A program made the translations under genes and the position numbers. A stretch of DNA of 35,212 bases from a virus (taxonomy: Duplodnaviria; Caudoviricetes): the IMG/VR virus record IMGVR_UViG_3300044724_004608, positions 1-35,212 of that record; one strand, 5' to 3'. This document shows, one piece after another, positions 27,820 through 35,212 of this stretch. Under the pieces are notes generated by a model. The model had not been told where the DNA came from. It worked only from the letters and a program-made list of their open reading frames with translations, and ran no database searches. Within the stretch, counting starts at the first letter, position 1; the number at the start of each line of letters is the position of its first letter.

Positions 27820-28853
27820 TCCCCTTTGTAATCTTCTAGATCTTCTAGTCCGAGATCAAATCTGTCTCGGGCGGAGGATATGTTGGATATTGCTGCTTGA
27901 ATCCTGTCCCTAACTTTAAACCTGTTTACGCCATGAATATTCGTGCCATAAGTTGTCGCCAAGTCTTGATCTACCAGTATATCAAAATAATGCTCTATAT
28001 ACTTATCTTTCTTTGACTCCTCAGTGTCGTCAGAGAAATATAGTTTTTTTAATTGTTCAGTCTCGGCATTGTTTGCTCTCGTGTTTGTTTCTTTGTTTTC
28101 TATCTCATAGAACTGAAACTCGAAGTTTTCCAAATCATAATCAACGTTTTCTTCAATGATACTAAAAACTATCTCTCCATCACTAATCGTCGCTCTAAAG
28201 TTATCTAGAAAATCTATTTCCCGTTCGAGTCCAACAAGGTTGTCATATTGCTCTCTTGAGGGCGTGGAGTCTGATGGATTTATCACTGATGCATCTATGG
28301 TATAGTCTACCTCAAAATTGATTATTGGTCTCTTAATACCAACGTTCGGTGATGAAGAACTGATGTTTATGTTTTCAATCGATCCATCTATAAGTGATGC
28401 GACATTCCAACTCGGCGAAGTCCTCTCTCCGATAGTCGAGTTACCAATAAAGTTTCTTACTAGATTTCTATCATCTGCACCCATCTTCTCTTCAACGACA
28501 GTGTCTAAACCATATGCTTGATCAAATGGCATTTCTTCCGTTCTTCCTCTAACTCTTGCTTGCCATCCATGACCTCTAGTTTTTTCTACGGTGTGTCCAT
28601 TCAGTGCCATTACTCTCGACTCAACACCGTCGTGTTCATAGAGCGCTCTAAATCTCTGTGTTTCTTTTTGAATTCTATTTGAAGTTTCTCTTGCTGTCCC
28701 TTTCTTGCTTCCAACATATTCAGGATCATACAGTATTTCGTCATCAGAAAAAACATAATAAGAGGGTTTGAATTTACCTTTTGATAAGAGATACTTTCCC
28801 AGTTGAGTCAACTGGACGTCAAGGACTTCTTCTTTTTTGTTGAAAAATGTCAT
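27810..28853 (-). CDS. Putative baseplate/tail structural protein (N-terminus related to 20026-21027)
   Basis: MTFF...LDVQLTQLGK.LLSKGKF......DDEILY; ATGA overlap with the upstream giant gene. Confidence 0.6.
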   Translation of the reverse strand: MTFFNKKEEVLDVQLTQLGKYLLSKGKFKPSYYVFSDDEILYDPEYVGSKKGTARETSNRIQKETQRFRALYEHDGVESRVMALNGHTVEKTRGHGWQARVRGRTEEMPFDQAYGLDTVVEEKMGADDRNLVRNFIGNSTIGERTSPSWNVASLIDGSIENINISSSSPNVGIKRPIINFEVDYTIDASVINPSDSTPSREQYDNLVGLEREIDFLDNFRATISDGEIVFSIIEENVDYDLENFEFQFYEIENKETNTRANNAETEQLKKLYFSDDTEESKKDKYIEHYFDILVDQDLATTYGTNIHGVNRFKVRDRIQAAISNISSARDRFDLGLEDLEDYKGDCD

Positions 28854-31800
28854 TCATTATCCCTTCTACTTTGCAGAATTCTTGCTGTCTCTTCATCAAT
28901 AACAGAACTCTTGTTTGTAAATCCAACAGTTGCCTTTAGATTAACTAGTTCAACCAGTGAAAAATAATCATATGGCCAGTTGAAACCGTACTTGAAAATG
29001 TCGTTCTCAACACTAATTTTCTTTTCCGGGTGGCCATCTGGTAGTCTATCCAGTTCCTTCTTTCTAAAGTAGTCTGCTTCTGCTTTCTGCTTGACCTTGA
29101 AAACCATCCATTGTGTATCCTTGTCCAGTCCACCTTGCCAATCTTCGATAACAAACCCGTCGCCGCCAGCAATACCTGGAACTATCTCTGCTCTAGGATC
29201 CAGAAGATCGTCTATGTTAAACAGGTCATGTTCAACGATCCTAGAACTAATAACTTGAGGATTTCTCTCATTTCTAGAACCAAAGTTATCTAACCCGATA
29301 TCTGGTGTCACATTCTGCCATATTCTAGCAATATCTGCTTTTGGCAGATCGACTGAAAAGTCGAACATATACATAGCAAATGGTTTGATATACTTACCAT
29401 CTGGGTTGTTATACTTTAAAAAGTTAAACTGCGGAGGTAGATTGTATCTCATCATAGATCGGACCATCTGTTGTATCGATGGTCTGACATTCATTTTGCT
29501 TGGAAGGTCGTCCAGCACTCTTCTTGTGGCGTCTTGTTGTGGTATCGTGCCACCTGCCCTACCTGCTGTTGCTGCATCAAGAGCATTTGCAACTTCCCTA
29601 AACCTTCGCCTGTCTTCTTCTGTCTTAAGTTTGTAGTCTGGATAACCTAAATTTCTGACTGCTTGGTACACTTCTTCTGGTGGCAAGTTATAAAACTTTC
29701 TAGTGTTGTTAAAAGTCTTAAACGGTATTGCTACAACACCTTCATGAATTGTGACTTGTTCTGGCATTTCACCGACTCTATTACCGCCTTCAATATGCAG
29801 TCCAAGCAACTGAGAGAGATCGCCCTTACTTGTTATCGGAGGTGGTTTAACAATATTGACTGCTGGACGATTGTCACTCAAGAAAGAACCAGTTTGGTGC
29901 CAAATGCCCTTAATCTTTGGTAAGTGTTGGGTTGTCTTATCTGTTCTTGGTTGATTTGCGCCAACACCACCAAAATCAAATGTTGGACACTCAAACTTAG
30001 TTTGAATAACGATGGAGTTTGTGTCATCTATTGGGTTACCGTTTGTATCGTAACTTTGAACAAGGGCATTGTCTGAAGTGAGAGAAATTCCATTAAAACT
30101 TTCGCTGATATGCATTGCAAACCTTCTATTGTACGAAGGTATGACAGAGTTTGCATCTTCTCTTTCATTGCTCGCGAACCCTGTTGATTTTCTAAAGATA
30201 GAACCAGTTGCTGAAACTCTTCTATGATACCGAACCGTGGTGTCTTTGGCGATTTCAGAAATCGACCTGTAGGATGGTCCTAAAGTTGGAGTAAATGTGT
30301 ATGTAGCACGAGCATAACCATCATAATGAGGCGGCAAATAAGGTGCAAACCCATATCCAACATAGTCCGCTGAACGACTAAAGTGAAGTCCATCCGGATG
30401 CTGGTCTCTGAACTTGCCTGCGTCAAATGGAATACCAAATGCTGCTGGGTTGTTATACATCGGGTTGTCTCGTCTTAGTCTCCTGTTATACCCAGCATTT
30501 AATTCGATTGACATCTCATAAGTCTGACCAACAACAGGATCAAAAACAGGCACATCTGAGGATCTTATTGTCACTCCCTTCTTGTTTGCCAAGAACAAAT
30601 TCATTGTTTCTGCATAAAAATTACTTGCTGCCATTGAGTAAATAGACTTTTTAGACCTCGCCTGCTCAAGATCAAACTGTGCCAGAACAGACGATGAATT
30701 CATTGCCACGCCGAGGTGAAAGTTTTCATCTGTTATCAACTCAGAGTCATCTGCATGTTGTTTATCTAAGGCAGAAGTCCACTTAAAAAGTTGATGCCCA
30801 TGACTATTTTGTCCAATATACTTTCTTTGCCTGTTGAAAGCACCAAGAAGACTTGCACTTGGGTGTGGTTCTACTTCATAGAATAATGCAATAGATGTTT
30901 CTCCGTCCCCATCATCTTTCATCTCTGGTGTGAATACAGCGGGGTCGATAATTGCCTCAAAAGGAATTCTATTTATCTTTCTAATGCCAGTGTTACCTTG
31001 ATAATCTGTTCTCCAACCTTGTGAATATACTGGGTCGTTTGCGATTTCACCTGAACCAGTAAAGTGGTAAGTACCATAACTTGCAGAACCAATTCTTGGG
31101 ATTGAAGTATCATTTGTAAAATTGTGCTTCGTACCAACAATAAACGATGGAATTCTAGTACTTCCAGAACAAATCGTATAAGAACTTGATAAGAAGGTGT
31201 TTGATTCGACAAGAGTCTTTTCAACATATTCTGTAGTGTTTGTGAACCAAGTTGTATCTTCTCCTAAGTGCGTATACCAAGTCTTAAATGGTGCCTTGCT
31301 ACCAAGACTTCCATTGGCATCAGTTCTTGGATAGTGATAAATATAGGTATACTGAGCAGGATTTGTAATGTCCGCTATACCATTCCATCTCTGCCTGTAT
31401 TTATCAGAGAACTTCAAATCGTTTGCAACAGAACCTGTCCATTCGGTAAATCCGTAGAATGTGCCTGTAAGGTGATTGTAGACCTTGGGCATTTGATAGG
31501 CGTCATATGTTCCTGCACTCGAAGAGTGATTTGGAATCTTGCCAGAAAATAAATCTTGTGCATGGTTAAAGATATGCCTTCCGTTTGTAGACCTTCTTAG
31601 GTCATACCCACCATCGTTACCTGGGCGATACCATCCAACAATATTTTGATGAAATGATGCAGACAAGGTTGTGTATGGGTTTGCTGGACCATACGTATTT
31701 CCCAAATCCGATGCTAAGGGTATTAATTCCAGTTTTGTTGATGACCTTAAGTCATTCGTGGTGTCCAGGTATCCATAATTATAATCTGGTGGATTCTTTC

Positions 31801-34800
31801 CGCTTGGAAACCCAGAAAGAGACTCTGGCATATGTGTATCGAAAGCATTGGATACTACAACTTCCGTCATCATCATTTCAGTTGGTTTCAAAAAGTCTGC
31901 CATATAGTGCTCGTAATCATCAGCACTAAGTCCGGGGTCGCCGAGTGTCCGGGTGATCAATTGATTTTTTGCTGAAACAGTGGAAACTGCTACAGGATTA
32001 TTGTTTTCATAATCTTTTGGTCTTAGTGATGAAGGAGATGAGTCATTTATTCTCTTCACATACCCTAGATGCCCCCCGAGAAAACAGTTTCTTTGACCAT
32101 CCAACAAAATTTCTGCTGTATTAGTCCCAGCAGTATCATCAGAAGTGAAATCAAATCCACTTGAAGATGTGAGGTGCACTATTTCGTCTAACTCAACACC
32201 ATTAACATACGACTTGAATCCAGACGGCAAATACCCCACAGTCCCAAGTCCGTCAAAATCACAGGTCAAAAGAATATGATTCCACCCTGGACTAGTATAT
32301 GATGTTGGAAAAACACCACCATCGCCAGCAGATAGTGCAAAAAAATCTTTCCCATTTCCACCAAAACAAACAAACTGAACCTTGTAGTTTCTACTAATCA
32401 TGTAATCATTGTCGGTCGCGCCATCACCAGTTGGTGCATAATCATTACCAAAATTAGAGGCATAATTTCTATCTCCGGCAGTGACTGCCGGACCAAAATA
32501 TTCTGCAACATAATATCCAAAATGTAACCCCTTTTTCCACGCCCAATCTTCCTCTATTTCACCACTACCAAATGTTGCAATATTGCCTCTTTGAACCACA
32601 TTTCCATAAAATGAAAGTTCTGCATCCGCTGTACTTGGATATGTTTTTGGTAAATACATCCACAACGATAGTGTCAACCTCTTGTCTGATGCTCCAGGTG
32701 AGCTGCTTCCTGTTAAGATGTCTGCCCACTGTGAACCGCCGCCTATTTCAATCCTATTCTTTGATAATGCGGCACTTGCTCCAGAACCGCCTTCGCCAGC
32801 GACCCAAGGTCGACCTGTTATGGACTGAACTGCGTTTCCACCTTCGTCTATCGCAAGACTTGCTGATTGAAAGATAACACCATATTGGTTATAAAGTCTA
32901 TCTTCGTGTGGTTCAAACACAGGATAATCAACTGCAATACCTGATTTAATTGAATTGAATCCAATACCAGGAGCATAGTAAGGCGCTAACACATTTCTCC
33001 AGTGACCACCAGTTACATATGTTGAATAAGAAGAACTCAATTCGCCTGCAAGTTGAACCATTCGGTCTGCCGGATAAAATCCCTTATAAGGTAAAAATTT
33101 CTTAAATGCTTTACACTCAAGTTTTAAATTTGTTGCAGAAGCACCCTTAACCTTGTTCATTTCCTGCTGAACAACATTAAAATGCTTTACAAAGTCCGAA
33201 TGTGAATAAACCTCATAGAATGCATCTTGTGAACTGTTTTCTGGTGTAGTTGAACCAGTTATCTTTAAGAATGTATCATTGCAAGAAAAGAATGGGTCAT
33301 CCCCGCCGACAGTATTAATATAATAATCTATGTGCTCGCTAATCCTAAACTCCGGTACCAAACCATAATCTTTTGCCAATAGTTTTGCTTGCGCAGCAAA
33401 ATCTTCGTAGTTTTCAAAGTTAAATGGATTTCTAGAAGCATGCTCCGGCGTTCTAAAGAATTGTGAACCAAAGAGGTGATGGTCTATTCTATCGTCTTTT
33501 CCATAAACCGCAGCAATATTTTGTGTATCTGAACTTTGAACCACCAAGTGGTCATAGACACTAACGTCCGGAGCACTTATCTCCGATTGAAGAATAGTGT
33601 CTCCAGTATGATTTTCGTTTTTCTCATCTCTATATAAATCCACCCTCCCAAAAGACAAAAGTGACCTATCTATAATTTGTGGACTAAGATACCTAGTAGA
33701 TTTTGGAAGTTGCTTGAAGGCATTAGCGATAGTTGAAACAGAAGATGTTATTACGGAAGTTCCTGCAAAATGGCCAGTGCCTGCAAAGATTTCTGATTGG
33801 ACATTATTACCTTCATAGATATTTAAAAACTCAAAAGACCACAAACCATCCGTAGCGCTGTCTTGTGTTGGAGATATGAATCTAAATCTGGTATTGTTTC
33901 CAAAAGATGCGGTAACCAAAATACTAACATACTGAAATTCCCCATCCTGACTGCCAACATAATCCGAACCATTGAATTTTGCAACATTTGTATATGTTGT
34001 ATTTGTGTCACCCTTCATTTGAAGATAAAGAGGTTTGGTACTGGTCCTTATTCCAAAAGCATCATCACTACCGGCATTAAACCCGGTTCTTAGATGAAAC
34101 CTGAACAATGTTGGTCTGTTCGGCAAGGGAAAATCTGCATGATTCTCTATGAATCTGTAGTGTGTATTAGTCGTATCATCTGCTCCTGGAGCATCTGTTA
34201 CGGATGCCGCTGCTGTTCTAACGCCAATTAAAGTATGTGGTAGATAGTAATCATAGTCGAAGTTGTGTGAATCATTGTATCTTCTTGGTCCAGTTAGTGC
34301 ACCACCAGTTTCAGAGTCTTCTCCCGCATTGTTGATAAATAACTGATTAATTTTTTCCGAACTCTGATAGTCATATGGAACGCCCGCCAAACTCGGAGAG
34401 TCTGTTTGGTTTGCAATCGTAACATCCGCATCGATTACAAGATTGCTTTCAAACTGAACTTTCTGGAAAATACTAAAATGATATCTAAAATCGATATACT
34501 TCAATTTCGGCAAACTTGAAGTTGCTTGATATGGTATCGGTCTTGCGAACAATGCACTCGCACTTGGATGTGCCAAGTTGTTGTGGAAGATTGCATAATT
34601 GCCAAACAATTCACCAGAACCATCACTTCCCAGTTTATCTGTCGTCTTCTTAAGTGCCGTAGTATTAAAACTATCATGAGCGTCTAATGGCCACACTGAC
34701 AGTTTAGGTACTGTATTGCCTTGAGAGTTTACATGATCTATCTTAGTTCGTTCTGATCTCTTTGTTTTCCAGAAGTCATCCGCTGTATACTGAGTCCTCT

Positions 34801-35212
34801 CTCTGGTTCTTTCTAAATATGCGTTCTTTTCTTTTGGAAAGATCTCTATAGAGTATTCTGCTACAGCACCTTCCTTAGTGAAGTCGAAACCCTTCAGGTC
34901 ATCTGTAAGCAAGTTTTCTCTTTCTTCAGTGCGAGTAGGTTCAACACTCAAAACCTTTGTTAGGTTGTCGTTCGCAAATCTTGAAAGATTATTATTGAAA
35001 GAAAACTCTTTCTTAATCGGAATAATCCTTGCTCTTCTTGGTCCTCGACCAGGTAACGACACTTCGCTCCTTAAGACAATCGGTAGTCTATTCGAAGATA
35101 CTGGAGGTTCAGTAAACCTATAGTTCGAATCTGCAACAGATCTGTTAACTGTAGCGGTCCTGTGATCTATGTTGTCTGGCCAGGAATAATTGCCGAGGGT
35201 TCTAAAACTCGC
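28850..35212 (-). CDS. Giant virion protein (>2100 aa, 5' end probably outside the window) with a LamG/ConA-like segment
   Basis: Frame stays open from the track's GTG start (35062) to the window edge (ASFRTLGNYSWP...FTEPPVSSNR...). LTLSLWMY...GWNHILLT...YVNG resembles LamG. C-terminal FNWPYDYFSLVEL. Confidence 0.75.
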   Translation of the reverse strand, partial: ASFRTLGNYSWPDNIDHRTATVNRSVADSNYRFTEPPVSSNRLPIVLRSEVSLPGRGPRRARIIPIKKEFSFNNNLSRFANDNLTKVLSVEPTRTEERENLLTDDLKGFDFTKEGAVAEYSIEIFPKEKNAYLERTRERTQYTADDFWKTKRSERTKIDHVNSQGNTVPKLSVWPLDAHDSFNTTALKKTTDKLGSDGSGELFGNYAIFHNNLAHPSASALFARPIPYQATSSLPKLKYIDFRYHFSIFQKVQFESNLVIDADVTIANQTDSPSLAGVPYDYQSSEKINQLFINNAGEDSETGGALTGPRRYNDSHNFDYDYYLPHTLIGVRTAAASVTDAPGADDTTNTHYRFIENHADFPLPNRPTLFRFHLRTGFNAGSDDAFGIRTSTKPLYLQMKGDTNTTYTNVAKFNGSDYVGSQDGEFQYVSILVTASFGNNTRFRFISPTQDSATDGLWSFEFLNIYEGNNVQSEIFAGTGHFAGTSVITSSVSTIANAFKQLPKSTRYLSPQIIDRSLLSFGRVDLYRDEKNENHTGDTILQSEISAPDVSVYDHLVVQSSDTQNIAAVYGKDDRIDHHLFGSQFFRTPEHASRNPFNFENYEDFAAQAKLLAKDYGLVPEFRISEHIDYYINTVGGDDPFFSCNDTFLKITGSTTPENSSQDAFYEVYSHSDFVKHFNVVQQEMNKVKGASATNLKLECKAFKKFLPYKGFYPADRMVQLAGELSSSYSTYVTGGHWRNVLAPYYAPGIGFNSIKSGIAVDYPVFEPHEDRLYNQYGVIFQSASLAIDEGGNAVQSITGRPWVAGEGGSGASAALSKNRIEIGGGSQWADILTGSSSPGASDKRLTLSLWMYLPKTYPSTADAELSFYGNVVQRGNIATFGSGEIEEDWAWKKGLHFGYYVAEYFGPAVTAGDRNYASNFGNDYAPTGDGATDNDYMISRNYKVQFVCFGGNGKDFFALSAGDGGVFPTSYTSPGWNHILLTCDFDGLGTVGYLPSGFKSYVNGVELDEIVHLTSSSGFDFTSDDTAGTNTAEILLDGQRNCFLGGHLGYVKRINDSSPSSLRPKDYENNNPVAVSTVSAKNQLITRTLGDPGLSADDYEHYMADFLKPTEMMMTEVVVSNAFDTHMPESLSGFPSGKNPPDYNYGYLDTTNDLRSSTKLELIPLASDLGNTYGPANPYTTLSASFHQNIVGWYRPGNDGGYDLRRSTNGRHIFNHAQDLFSGKIPNHSSSAGTYDAYQMPKVYNHLTGTFYGFTEWTGSVANDLKFSDKYRQRWNGIADITNPAQYTYIYHYPRTDANGSLGSKAPFKTWYTHLGEDTTWFTNTTEYVEKTLVESNTFLSSSYTICSGSTRIPSFIVGTKHNFTNDTSIPRIGSASYGTYHFTGSGEIANDPVYSQGWRTDYQGNTGIRKINRIPFEAIIDPAVFTPEMKDDGDGETSIALFYEVEPHPSASLLGAFNRQRKYIGQNSHGHQLFKWTSALDKQHADDSELITDENFHLGVAMNSSSVLAQFDLEQARSKKSIYSMAASNFYAETMNLFLANKKGVTIRSSDVPVFDPVVGQTYEMSIELNAGYNRRLRRDNPMYNNPAAFGIPFDAGKFRDQHPDGLHFSRSADYVGYGFAPYLPPHYDGYARATYTFTPTLGPSYRSISEIAKDTTVRYHRRVSATGSIFRKSTGFASNEREDANSVIPSYNRRFAMHISESFNGISLTSDNALVQSYDTNGNPIDDTNSIVIQTKFECPTFDFGGVGANQPRTDKTTQHLPKIKGIWHQTGSFLSDNRPAVNIVKPPPITSKGDLSQLLGLHIEGGNRVGEMPEQVTIHEGVVAIPFKTFNNTRKFYNLPPEEVYQAVRNLGYPDYKLKTEEDRRRFREVANALDAATAGRAGGTIPQQDATRRVLDDLPSKMNVRPSIQQMVRSMMRYNLPPQFNFLKYNNPDGKYIKPFAMYMFDFSVDLPKADIARIWQNVTPDIGLDNFGSRNERNPQVISSRIVEHDLFNIDDLLDPRAEIVPGIAGGDGFVIEDWQGGLDKDTQWMVFKVKQKAEADYFRKKELDRLPDGHPEKKISVENDIFKYGFNWPYDYFSLVELVNLKATVGFTNKSSVIDEETARILQSRRDNE

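Noticed and set aside
35060-35072. GTG at 35062 with a nearby AAGGAG as the start of the giant gene
   Set aside because: SD spacing is only 4 nt and the frame stays open with protein-like sequence to the window edge, so 5' truncation is more likely.
365-35123. All plus-strand ORFs and short nested minus-strand ORFs in the track
   Set aside because: They lie antisense to or inside well-supported minus-strand genes and show no recognisable motifs; treated as shadow ORFs.
1-35212. Stop-codon reassignment, as seen in some large phages
   Set aside because: Core genes are intact in the standard code, and TAA, TAG and TGA all occur at gene ends next to the following start.
1-35212. tRNA genes, CRISPR array, introns, inteins or homing endonucleases
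   Set aside because: Gaps are too short, no repeat-spacer pattern was seen, and terminase, primase and portal show no intein- or intron-sized interruptions.

Overview
Part of a large T4-like (myovirus-type, probably jumbo) bacteriophage genome. It is AT-rich and densely coded, and every credible gene is on the minus strand. In transcription order (right to left): a 5'-truncated giant virion protein and several large probable baseplate/tail proteins; a J-domain (HPD) co-chaperone; a RuvC-like resolvase; a Zn-finger/TOPRIM primase; a single-chain Mre11-Rad50 (SbcD-SbcC, gp47-gp46-like) fusion; a putative holin/spanin-like membrane trio; large terminase; portal; a CxxC membrane protein followed by an unannotated 16-aa Cys-Cys micropeptide; prohead protease; a phage-encoded ribosomal protein bS21; two tandem paralogs; the scaffold; and the gp23-like major capsid protein, which runs off the left edge and is absent from the ORF track. 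The most notable observations are bS21 alongside strong Shine-Dalgarno use, the Mre11-Rad50 fusion with an atypical CX6C hook, a spanin-like pair without a lipobox, an 18-aa motif shared by two adjacent 1.1-kaa proteins, an apparently split tail-collar domain, and a recurrent CTATTTA upstream box. All calls come from motif recognition by eye; no searches were run.
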